Assembly: GCF_036321535.1 (NCBI RefSeq)
Contig: NC_087437.1
Location: forward strand, 71,116,001-71,180,000
DNA: 64,000 bases
Source: Camelus dromedarius
Taxonomy: Eukaryota
Direction of reading: 5' to 3'
A program made the translations under genes and the position numbers. Shown here piece by piece: positions 37,531 through 49,795 of the stretch; within the stretch, counting starts at the first letter, position 1; each line of letters opens with the position of its first letter. Below the pieces are notes generated by a model, which saw nothing but the letters and a program-made list of their open reading frames with translations, ran no database searches and was not told the DNA's origin.

Positions 37531-39245
37531 AGGAGGAGAGGACAGAACACTCCCTGTGCCCACCTCTCGCTGCCAGGCCACTGAGCCACTGCCAGGGCCT
37601 GCTCAGAACGACTATGCAATGTCCTCTGGCATGTGGCAGCGAGAAGATTCCTGGAGCCAGGACATCCCTGAGTGGCAGGTGTAACCAACCGCGTCCTCCA
37701 GAACAGAATGGCTTACCTTCCCAGCTCAACTCTGAATGTCATCCTGGCAATCTTCAAGTGGTTGGGGGGCCCCTGAGTGATAAGCAATAATTCAGAGAGA
37801 AGCTGATAGAACACGACTCCACACACACACACACACGATTGTCATCAGAGGCATGATTCATTGCAGTGAAGGAAAAAGGAACAGATCTCATAACTCTCCA
37901 GTTGCCAGGGGTCCTTGAAAACGCAGGCAGTAAACCATCTTGCAGAACAGCCAGTCTCTCTTCCTTCAAACTTCTAATTAACTGTCAGGCTAACCTTGTA
38001 TTTTCTTGGGCTCACTCCCTTTGGTCATTGCTTTCCTTCACTCTATCCTGAAATATAACTGCAAGGCCAGGGCTTCTGTCTTTCTATAGAATCTGATTGG
38101 TTACCTTTGGTGAGAGAAATTCGTCACCCTGAGGAAGACATGGTCCCACATTAGGACCTGTGCTTCATTTCTAACCTTACTCCCCCTGTATTTTAGCTCT
38201 AGCTAAGAAGCCCCTTTGATTCCATCCCCTTACTCTCAGAGTTTAAACTCCACAGTAATGCAATATGGGGATATGAAGTGAAAAAGCAATGACAATTCCC
38301 ACTGTAGCACCACTGTTGAACCTTGTGGTTCAGGATGTGCTTTAGACACGCTTTTCATAGCACTGTAAGGTTTTCCTACTCAGGCATCTCCGTCTCCTGC
38401 TTAACAGAGATCCATTACTTTCAGACCCTGAAGCCCATTGAGTATTAAGTGTCTATAAAATGCTCTTCACCTCCCAGGCTCTGAATATATGACAATCAAT
38501 AACACAGCTCCTGCCCGCAAGGAGCCCACCACCTTCTCCTGTGTTTGGCCATTTACTTGTTGAAAGGTGGTGGGGACTCACCTAGATGGCCAGGGGACCT
38601 CAGAACAAAGGACACCAGGCGGAGTAGCAGTCCAAAGCCATCACTGGGACAGTCTTTGTAAAGTCCTAGTGCAGATCCTAAACATCATCACTCCAACAAC
38701 TGAGATGAAAGGTATAATAGAAGTAACATGCTAATGTCATTCAAAATTGCATCTGTGAGGAACTTGAATATTCTTACCATTTTTTTTTCCTTTCACCTAT
38801 AGAAGCTATTTCTTATTGATTGCAGAATCAAGATACAATTTGTGGATAATTTATGAAATGTTATCATCCTGAACTTCAGTAAATTTACTGTGAAGACCTG
38901 TTAGTGCATAGGCATGATAGATACTTGCTGCAATGCTATGAAAATCTCAGAATGCACAGGAACTTTATATGGAATCCAAGGCTTCCCTTGCCCCATTCCT
39001 CTAACCCTTAAGTATTTATTAGAAGGAAATACATACTCCTTAGTGAGTCAGCTACTGTTACTCCTGAACGCTTTCAATGCCAAAATTTTTAAAAGTTACT
39101 GTCTATAACAATGCTGTCTGCCCACTAGTTTTTGTACCTGGTACCATCTAGCTTAATAGGTTTAATGTACAAGTAGAACTGGAGATGGAGACAACTGAAT
39201 ATCAGAAGAAGTAAAAGTACGTGATACCTAAGTTTTTCCATGCAA

Positions 39246-39251
39246 AATAAA
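39246..39251 (+). terminator. Candidate DRD3 polyadenylation signal
   Basis: First AATAAA I could find downstream of the stop codon; would imply a 3'UTR of about 1.7 kb. No transcript support. Confidence 0.3.
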
Positions 39252-39379
39252 CAGCAAACGGGTGGGACAGTGGGGTGAAAGCTTACAGAATTTCATGTCA
39301 AAATCAGAGTTTCAAAGAGAGAGGTATAAACAGCATAGGTATTAATATATTTGTGAGGAAGAATGATAGCAAATTCAAC

Positions 39380-39540
39380 CCTTATGATAACTTTAGGGAG
39401 ATAATCATTTTACAGATGAGGAAACTGGGGCAGGGTGAGGTTAAGAAATTTGCCTCAGGTCACACAGTCAGTAAGTGGCAGAGCTGGGAGTCAAGTGTGC
39501 ATCTGCCTGATTCCCAAGCTCATAAATTAAACACTATGAC
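39380..39540 (-). mobile_element. MIR SINE
   Basis: cattttacagatgaggaaactggggcag..ggtcacacagtcagtaagtggcagagctggga. Confidence 0.8.
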
Positions 39541-41426
39541 ACATCACCTCCCACCAGAGGGGTAAAGGGGTGGTGAGAAAAAGATGGAACAAAAAAATCC
39601 CTGAGAGAGCCTCACCCTGCCCCACCCACCTCCACCTTAGACTTTCTGAAGAACCCAGCCCAAGGCATTACTCTCACTCCACTGCCAAGTCCAACTTCTG
39701 AAACAGTCACACGGAACACCCAAAGTCTACTTCCACAGAATCATGGAACAGACCTGAGGGACTATTTGATTCCACCCTCTCCTTCAATTACAGAAAAGGA
39801 AGCAGAGGTCCAGAATTGTCCCACAGCTGCTTAATGACAGACAAGTACTCAAATCTGCTGAATCCTAGTTCAGTGCTCTTTCTACTTCACCGCACTCCCT
39901 GAGAGCCCCATGAAAACTATACACTCTATACAGATACAAGGAGAAAGTCATATTGTCACCTTCATAATTAAACTGAGAGGCACTTTTCCCCTAGACAACA
40001 TCTCCTTCCCAGAATTCCCTTCTGATCCTGGAAGATCCTCCTAGGGGAATCCCAAACACTCACTTCGGCCTCTTCATCCTGGGATTCTGCATTCTGTCCT
40101 CTCTACCTCTACTTCCCACCACGAACCAGCATTCTTAACCTCAGAGCGTGCTACATTGAGAGCCAGTATGGCCAAAAATCCCAGGAGAGATGTTGGCCTG
40201 AATAAAGCAGAGCAGAGTTCTTGGGGCAAACCAGGTCTGGAGCCCAAAGACACCTCACAGCAGCCCACATACTATTTGGGTGAAATGCAAATAGTAGGGA
40301 AACTCAAGTAGATTACAACCAACATTCAACTCAAGACCTTACGTAAATATTTCCTTCTTCTAGGACGCCATCCTAAAAAAATATTCTATTCATTACTCAT
40401 TAACTAAATCAATCTCTTACTCAATAAATGTTGATTGATTACTTTGTATGCGCCAAGCATGGTGCTTGGTGCTGGGCAACATGGTCAAGGAAGACATAGT
40501 CCTTGCTTTGAGAAGTTCGTAGTCCAGTGGGGAGGATGAAATCCTGGTTGCAGTGATGACCCATTTGTTGTCTACAATAAAGGGATTCATGACATTTGGA
40601 ATTCCGTATTCAGCCTTGAGAAGGCTTCCCAGGTATGTATTGTCAGAGTTGAGACATAATTAAAAAGTAGGAAGAGTGTTCCAGGCAGAGAAAACTTCTG
40701 AAAAGCTAAGGAAAAGAACAAGCAAGGAATATGCAAGGAATCTCAAATAACCCCATCTGGCTGTAGAGACGAGACCCTAGGGACAGGACAGGACAGGGAA
40801 GGAAAGGGCCTTATCTTTGGAGACCTCCTCCAGCTCTGCTCATGTGGCAGCTGAGCTGGTGGTGACACCTCTGGCAGAAGATCTCAAGATCTTCTGCTTC
40901 CCTGCATGTGGGCAACACACATGGCAGAACATTTATTATTGACTCACTTTACTTCTCTCTGAGCTACAGTGAATTTTAACAGACGCAGAATTCGATTTGA
41001 AGTCTCTGCTCTTTTCTCTACAAGAGGAGAAATGGCTAGTTGAGCGGCTGTAGAGTTAAAGATTGTTAAAATTAAGGCAGTTCAGAGAGTTTGGGTCAGA
41101 AATCAAGAGAGGTCAGGTGAAGAGATTTGTCTTCCTGAATGCTTGGGTCAGAACTAAACAAAGAAGCAGAATGGTTAAAGGATTCGCTGAGAACTCGCTG
41201 TTTCCTGGAGGTCCTGACTCCCAAGACCTGCGCTCCGTTCATATGGTACCTGCTGACATCAGAAAACTGAAAAAGCTTAATTTGAATCAACACACAGAGA
41301 GGAGATGACAGGCAATTAACTTGATTCCTCCTTTCTACCTAATTCTCTCCTCATCAGCTTAGAAAGGGAGTGAGTTTCCATGACTACCTCCTGACATAGA
41401 GACTCAGTCGAGGGTGATGCCAGTGT

Positions 41427-41471
<45 letters not shown>
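41427..41471. repeat. (CGGCTC)7.5 hexamer tandem repeat
   Basis: Perfect GC-rich hexamer run. Confidence 0.95.
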
Positions 41472-42369
41472 AGCACACACACCGGAAGAGGCGGAACCTG
41501 GGAGTGTGCGCCAGGAGCAAGACCTCTTGCTCCGCCTACCCTCACCTCAGTTAATCGCCCAGCCTCCTCCGTCGTGCATCAAGTCCCTGCGGTGCAGTTT
41601 GCTGGGTACTGGGAGGAGAGGAGAGACGGCCGTAGGCCTCTGAGGATGTGCCCTAGAGAGAGAGCTGGGCTGCGTCCAAGATGGCTCTGACCCCCTTTTG
41701 GGAAAAACGACGGACAGAAATGATTCGAAGACTGGAGTGCAGGCAGGGACAAGCGACCTTGGGCAAGTGTTTAACCTCCATGCGCCTCAACTTCCTCATT
41801 AATATAATGGTGACCTGAAGGCCTTCCCCATAGACCATTTAAAGATTAAATGGCTAATATTAGAAGTGTTTTGTCAACTATAATAGCTCTAACAAATATA
41901 AGAGATTATTATCATTGATATTATTATTATTATTTCCCCCTAAGCAACAACTAACTGGTTCACAGCCCACCTTGCTCTCTCTTTGCTGATTCTCTAATTG
42001 TCTCAAGTTATTAGGCACAGTCTGTACAGCCTCCCACATGAAATCTGATTTTTCTCTCGTCTTTTTTATTCCCTACATGTGCCCAGGATACTTGGCTGAA
42101 TTTGTAGTCAGATTGTTAAGCAATTGGAGAGTCCCTAACAGGGCACTCTTCCCTGCTCACACAGCCAAGTGCCCGAGTGTGGCGTGATCTAACACCAGAC
42201 TGACGGCAGATGCTGGCTTGCTAAAGCGACCTCGGGACCTCTGTTCCTCCCCGGGCTAGGAGAAAGGAGCAGAACACATCTATTCCTCAAGACTCTCCAT
42301 CTTCATTCCTCATGATCTCTGAGCCTTTACTCCATCTTTTCCTGCCTGAGACAAGAGCATTGGATCTGG

Positions 42370-42820
42370 TGCTCTAGTTTCATGGGGCTACTGTAACAAA
42401 TTACCACAAACTGGGTGACTTAAAACAAGAGAACTCTATTTTTTCACAGTTCCAGGAGCTGGAGCCCAATATCAAGGTGTTGGCAGGGCCATACTATCTC
42501 TGAAGCCGGTAAGGAAAGATCTTTTTTTTGCCTCTTCCTTGTTTCTGGTGGCTGCCAGCAACCCTTGGTGTTTCTTAGCTTGACAGCATAACTCCAGTCT
42601 CTGCTTCCATCTTCATACGGGGTTCTGTCTTGTGTGTCCAGGCCCAATTTCCCTCTTCTTATAAATCACTGAGTTAGGTCTCACCCCAATCCAGTATAAC
42701 CTCATGTTAACTTGAGTATGTCTGCAGTGACCCTATTTTAAATAAGATCACATTGACAGGTTCTGGGGGGATTAAGACTTCAACATATCTTTTTGTGGGA
42801 ATACAAATAAATCCATAAAA
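42370..42820 (-). mobile_element. MLT1B/C-like solo LTR
   Basis: ctgtaacaaattaccacaaactgggtgacttaaaacaa..aaggtgttggcagggcc..gacttcaacatatcttttt. Confidence 0.8.
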
Positions 42821-43949
42821 TATGGTGAACATGATCGCCAAAGGCAAGAGGACTTGGAACTTGGATGACATGGGGAAGTGTACAAAAGCTCTGGCATTCA
42901 GTATGTAAGAGGTCAGTTTCCAACCTCGGCATATAGTCCTCTCAGTGGCCCAAGTCAAGTCTGCAAACTTCCTGGAGCTCAACTTTCTTAACAGTAAAAG
43001 TGATAAGTCTGAATTTCTAAGCTATGACAAGACACAATTCTAGAAGGATATAAATTATCTTCTGAGCCCTAAAGTCTTACAAACATGCTTATTAATGAAA
43101 ATCAAAACTGTCCAAAGACAATTCTCAGTTGCTTCTCTGTGTCTTAAAAAAAGGAAAGAAAGAAAGAAAGAAAGGAATTCAAAAGGAAACTCCCTGGATT
43201 GAGGAATAGAGCTGAGGAACTATCATGTGGCTCTCCCCCTCCATGCAGCACCACTTCAGACTGACTAAGGTGAAGGGGAGGGTCCCTTTAAGAAAAGCTG
43301 ACAGAATTGATTCTTGCATTGTGATCTGAGCAGACTCCAGAAGACTCCATAGTAAAGACCCTTAAAAAGTTTGAAATTCACCACAATGTATAATTATGGG
43401 GTTTGTGAGTTGGAGGGGACTTTAGTCCAATCCATTAGTTATTGTAGAAATTCTCTCTAACATCTCTGATCTACAATCACCCAACTGTAATAAGGAGTTA
43501 GCTCACTTCTTCCCAAGACATATGACAAATCATCCTTTAGAAAATTCCTCCCTCCTTCAAACCAAAATTCACCCTCTTATAAAATCTACCTCTTGGTCCC
43601 TATTCTCTCCTCTGTTTCTTCTCAATGACAGCCTTTGTGTGATTAAGACAGTTCTCCAAAGTTTCAATCCCTGTATCTCTACTTCAAGTTACATGTTCTT
43701 ACACTGTTCATCTTGGTTGCTTTCCTCTGGTTGTAGCCATGTTATTAGTATTTCTGTTAAAATATGAGACCCCAAAATGGAATTCAATCTTCTATATGTT
43801 GTTTAACTGTGGACTCATTATTCTGCATGATTGGAATATTCAATTTTTAATGACCCATATTGAAACTCTAAGAAAGAAATTTGCATCCTGAATGGTTATG
43901 TTTAATGTGACATGCCTTAAGGATCAACACCTATACTTGAAGACAGGAT

Positions 43950-46900
43950 CAGCAGAGGGAGGAGTTGAACTGTGATGCAGTCACACAAAGAACTCAGATG
44001 ATACTACTGGGAGTTCTGGAGAGGGCAGGGCCTTTACAGCCCCAGCCAGTAATTGGATGAGGGCTACCTCTGGGGCGGAGGCGGGACTTAGGCAAGGACT
44101 CGCTCTTCAATTGAAAGCTTTCGACTGTTAACACTCCTAGCAACTGGGGGAACACATTCCTCAGTCCTGAAGAGGGATCTGAGTGGCACACCACAACATC
44201 CACTACCGCTCACCCTTTGTGACATTCCACTTCACTTTCTTCATATAATAATAAATTCTAGAAGCAGCTTCCTCAGGATTCTAGTTGGTCTCTCTTCCTA
44301 TGGAAGTTCAGGGGGATGGACTATAACTTCTGCCACAGCAACTGGTTTCAAATCCAAAGCAATTCTCATCATCGCCCCTACTACTATCTACTCTACATTT
44401 CCTTCACTATTGATTAACACCCTACTGGTCTAGGTGGCTTACCTGTTGCAATGACCCTGAGGGACATGGTAACTTTCTCAGGCTATAGGTTCTGCACTCC
44501 CCCATTACCATTAAAATTAAGTGAGGGAATACAAAGAGATACCTCCATGGATTCTATCCAGATAGCAGGTGTATTCTTCCCTGTTCCCACTGTGTAACAA
44601 CATCCCTAACTTCTAATGATCATGATTCAAGTATAATTGCCAGGATGCTCCATCACTTACCTGTTGGCCTCCTGGCACAAGGAGCTCCAGATGACTAGGT
44701 GGAAGCTATAACTTAAAGCTTAATGGGATTCTTATCCCATAGTGGACATGTTCCTCCTTTAAGAAGAAAGATCTTTATCTCAAAAAGTCAAGCATAGCAT
44801 TGCTATATGAGCCAGCAATTCCTATGTATATATCCCCAAATTGAAAATGAATGTTCAAATACTTGCATGGAAATGTACATAGTGTAGCACTATTCATAAT
44901 AGCCAAAATTTAAGAAAGAAGCCAAATGTCCATCAACTGATTAATCAACAAATAAATTATGGTATATCTATATATGAATATTATTCAGCCATAAAAAGGA
45001 ACAAATTAACAATACATGTTACAATGTGAGTGAACCTCAAAAACATGATAAATGGAGGAAGTCAGACAAGAAAAGTCAAATATTATGATTTCATTTATAT
45101 GAAATACCCAGAATAGGTAAATCCATAGAGACAGAAAGATGACTGGTGGTTCCCAAGGGTGGGAAGAGAGGGAATAGGAAGTAACTGCTTAATGGGTACA
45201 TGGTTTTCTTTAGGGGTGACGGAAATGTTTTGGAACTATATAGGTAGTGGTTGCATAATAGATAGAGGTACTAAATGCTACTGAATTGTTCACTTCAAAA
45301 TAGTTGATTTCATGTTATGTGAATTTCATCTCAATAATTTTTTTAAATTTTAAAAAGAAATTTAAAAGAACAAGGAATTAGAGATTCTATGGCCTTGGAT
45401 TGGAAGACTCAATATCATTAAGATGGCAATTTTCTCCAAATTGATCTATGTATTTCATACAATGCCTCCCAAAAGTCAAACCGACCTTCTTTTTTTCCCA
45501 GAAACTTATAAGCAGGCTATAAAATTTATATAGAAATGCAAAAGATTCAGAGTAGCCAAAATAATTTTGAAAAGAAGAACTAAGTTGGAGAATGTTTACT
45601 TCCCAATTTCAAAACTCACTATAAAGCTACAATTATCAAGACAGTATAGGATTGGCATAAGGATAGATACACAGATCAATTGAACAGAATTAAAAGTCTA
45701 GAAAGAAATTCTTACATTTTTTGTTAACTGATTTTCAACAAAGGCAATTTGTTGGGGAAAGGAGAGCCTTTTAAACAAATGGTGTTAGGACAGTTGGATA
45801 TTCATATGCATAAACATTAATTTAGGCCCATACCTCATGTCATCCCCCAAAATTAACTAAAAATGGATCATAGAATTAAATGTAAGAGCTAAACGATACA
45901 ACTTCTAATAGAAAATGTAGGTAGAAATCTTTGAGACGGACAATAACAAATGTTAGGAGGTGGAGAAATGGGAACCCTCCTAGATTGCTGATGGGAATGT
46001 AAAATGGTGCAATCACTTTGGAGAACAATTTGGCAGTCTCTTAAAAACTTAAACAAATTTACTGTATCATCCAGTGATTCTGCTCCTGGGCATCGACCCA
46101 GGAGGAATTAAAACAAATATCCATACAAAGACTTGCACATTATTATTCTTTGCAACGTTATTCATAATAGCCAAAAGTTAAAAACAACTCAAATGTACAT
46201 CAATTGATGAATGGATAGACAAAATGCAGTGTATCTGTACAACAAAATATTATTCAACAATGAGAAGTAATCAACTAGTGACATATGCTATGACACAGAC
46301 AAATGTCAGAAAATTTAATAAGTGAAATAAGCAAGCCACAGGAGACTCTATGTTGTATGATTCATTTTATATGAAATGTCCAAAAAGGCAAATTTACAGA
46401 GACAGAGAGCAGATCAGTGTTGCCTGGTTCAGGGGTTGGGAACAGGGATGTAATGGGCATGAGGAGCTTATTGGGAGAATACCAATGTTTCAAAACTGAT
46501 TTATTGTGATGGTTGTACAGTTTGGTAAACTCGCTAAAAATCACTGAATTATACACTTGAAATATGTAAATTATACTCTATGTACAGTATGCCTCAATAA
46601 AATTATTATTAAAAAATAACAAGGACCTGTAAATCTGCAGAGTCCATAATTGCAGGGACAAGAAGTACAAAATTCCTCCAGTGCGTCAGGGAGAATAATG
46701 TCAAGCAGAGGTGCTTGTACTTCTGCTTCTTGTTTCCCAGATCCACGTATTCTACTGATTGCGTCAGCACCACATATCGGTCTTCAATTTAGAGTGTATA
46801 TTCTGTCCGAAGTCTGCTGCCCCATCATCAGAAGGTATCATCTCCAGGCTGATGCCTCTACTGTGCATCGAAAAAGCTATTGCACATTCTGTTAGGCTAG

Positions 46901-48536
46901 CAGCTTCCGGGAGGTATAATATGTTACAGAAGCAGCTGATCACATGGTCACATGCACACAGCCTTACTTCCATCATATAACCAATTACCTTGGTCTGATG
47001 AAATGTTTGACAGGATTGTATTTCCAGTGGATCAAATATTACATAAGCACTGTGGAGCTGAGACTGAGTAGGAAAGGTAAATGTATACTGGAATATGTGT
47101 CAACTCAGTCAATTCCTATCAGGAGGCATCACAAGATAGAAGGACCTATTGTAATAAACTTGCCATTAAGAAGCTGATAGATCACTTTGAGAGCTAGAGC
47201 CACATTGGGAGCTCAATGTTGGTGTCTTTTGCTGGCAGGCTGGATATTCAACAGCCGCAATAATTAGATCAGACTTAGCTAGTGGGAGCCCACGTTTTGG
47301 GGCCATGCATAGACCCTATCCTTGCCACTCTTTCACAGGCCATGGTTGTTGTACTCATCCATTACCATCATAAACGGGCAAGTGAGTATTCTTTTCAGTC
47401 TCCATTATGTAAGAGCAGAACTACCTCCTCCTGGTGATCAAAGTCAGTTTGCCTTGCTAGGCTGGTGACTCCATCTCTTACCTTCTAGCACATGCATGTG
47501 CCTCTTGCACCAGCACTGGTAGAAGTTGGCTGACATTGACCAGCTAAGACATTCTGCTTCTTCAATTGTGGTGAGTCGACTGGCCAAGTCATTCACTGCT
47601 GCCCATGAAAGACATATATTCATAACTGAAAATATTTCTCTTGAGAGTCATACTGCCTGAGGCTTTGTCCATTAAGAAGAATTCCCCTCATCTCTGTCTC
47701 TCAGAGACACCCCTGAGTGGGGCTACACCCACGAAGGACCACAATAGTCTATATTTGGCTTGCAGTCACCCACTGATCTTACTGGTCCATAACCAAACTC
47801 AACTTTTCCCCTCACTCCAGGCAGCCTTAAGTGTGAAGTATGGGTGAAGCATCAGTGCAAGAGCGGTGAACGACACAGAAGTCTGGGGCACCTACCATGC
47901 AGCTTACTTGTGCTCTCTGGCTCTGCTCATGCCTGATCCCAGATGTATAACTTTTTCCCTTATGATTGTTGCTGGCGGTCTGGCATGACGTATGATGGAC
48001 GGTTCTGGCTGCATGGATGCTTGGTAACCATGGTCAGGTGCTCTACTTCCACCAAAAGCCATAGCACAGCAGGAGCTGTTTTTTGAAACGTGTATAGTTC
48101 TTGGCTACAGATAACTTGCCTCACTTATGAGTCCTGGAGTCTATTTGGGTTTTCCTATTGAGGCTTGCTATAAAATCCTCACAGTACTCTTCCTATCAGT
48201 GGTCTTTTCTATACCATAGGCTCCACCAGGTCATATGACTCAAGTCACACTGACTCAGTTGTAACAAGGGCTTCAGCAGATCCCACAGAGTTCTCTGGAT
48301 TTGGGGTGGCCCTTTAGACTCCTCCTGCCCTTGGGCATGGGGACTAGGTTTTCATAAACTCATATTGATCAATGATTAAAAACAGTTGTCTCCAAAATTG
48401 TGGCCCAACCTGGCTCCCTTCAGCTGAGGACCATACCTGAAGAGGAACTCAGCAGAGAGTCATTGGCTATTAGCTGGGGGATTTACTGCCTTATTCTGAA
48501 GGAACAATCTAGGCAGTAGACAACAGCATCCACTAT
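43950..48536 (-). mobile_element. Degenerate ERVL-class provirus remnant (two LTR remnants plus internal region) interrupted by L1
   Basis: Two similar segments end in ...catccacta at about 44206 and 48536; a purine-rich tract precedes the 3' LTR on the minus strand. Family assignment is from pattern recall. Confidence 0.5.
44783..46615 (+). mobile_element. Old L1 (L1MB-like) fragments: two 3' ends and a decayed ORF2 C-terminal region
   Basis: gcactattcataatagccaaa..aaatgtccatcaactga, tggattggaagactcaatat and tataaagctacaattatcaagacagt; 3'UTR tails near 45360 and 46610. Confidence 0.85.
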
Positions 48537-49291
48537 ATGTGCTCAACTAAAGTTCCCAGGTGTTTCCCACTAAAGTTCTACTAAACCAAGTCTCCCTCAT
48601 CTTGAACTTCTGACGTAGATTTTTGGAGCCAGTGCTGGATGTTGGATTTGTCATCTATTCAACTTATTGGTTTCATCCTAGCATGCCAGCCTGGGAAGTC
48701 ACTTTGAATTTTAATTCCATCTTCTGCCTTAGATTTTCTTTGAGATTTGAGTTATCTTCAAATGGGAAGGAGACATCAGAGCAAATGTTGCCATATTACA
48801 GATGAAACATTGAGGCTTCGATCTTCAGAGTCAGACAATATTTGTAGAACTTGCACCGGTTCTCACCACTCTCAGCCATCCACAAATGTACTTACAGTTA
48901 TCATTATCTGGACCACAAGGTACTTTTGTAACCAGAATATTATAAAAATATCAATGAAATGTTGAATTCAATATATACCTTTGTATCAGAATTTCTTTGC
49001 CCAAATATCAAAAGCCCCTCACTCGAAATTGCCTTAAGTATTGAGAAAGTTTGTTATGACAACTTATGAAGACATCAACAAGAAGTATGAGCTTCAGGCT
49101 GGCAGATTCAGTGGTTTAGCAATGTCACCATGAATTCAAGCTCTTTCCAGATCACCTCTCTGCTAATGTCTCAGAGTACTGGCACCCAAGCTGGTTCCCC
49201 CCACCTCCCCACCTCCATGAACACAAGGTTATGATGGAGCAATGCCAGGAATCCTATTTGATACAACATTGCCCAGCTGCATCAGCAGAAC

Positions 49292-49795
49292 TGAGAGAGG
49301 TGATCAGGCAGGCTTACTGACCCTGGCTAATTAACAAGGGGAAGGATGTACCCAGCTGATGGAAAGGCAGGACGTTTCTCTTATCCCACAGCTGGCTCCT
49401 TAAAATCCAGGACATACCCCAGTAGCTCTTCCTTTGTTCCCGCTGAAGTTTCTCCAAGGGAGGAAGGAGTCTGTAACAGAAAATAATTAACACCACCACC
49501 AGAATGAAGATAACAATGGCAGAGGCTTCTAATAAAAAACCCCGAGGCCCAGTTGGCAGCCGGAGCTGTCTCAGGCATCTTGGCTGACGGCTCCCGGCTG
49601 GAGCACCTTTTCCTTGTTTGAGCACTTTGCTTTCGTTCTCCCTGCTCAAGCACTTTCCTTCCATTTCCCCTTCTGAGCAATAAAGCTGCTGTTCACTTCA
49701 TCCCTCTGCCTCTGCTAAGTGAATTCTTTCCCAGCTGGCGGCAAGGACCCACACTTTGGTGGGACTCCTAATTTAGGGAGTCCCACCAGAATCAC
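49292..49795 (+). mobile_element. Solo ERV LTR, relatively young, inserted in an older MLT1-like relic
   Basis: TG start, TATA-like taataaaaa at 49530, AATAAA at 49679, retained CpGs. The 3' end is ambiguous because of local tandem duplication. Confidence 0.6.
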
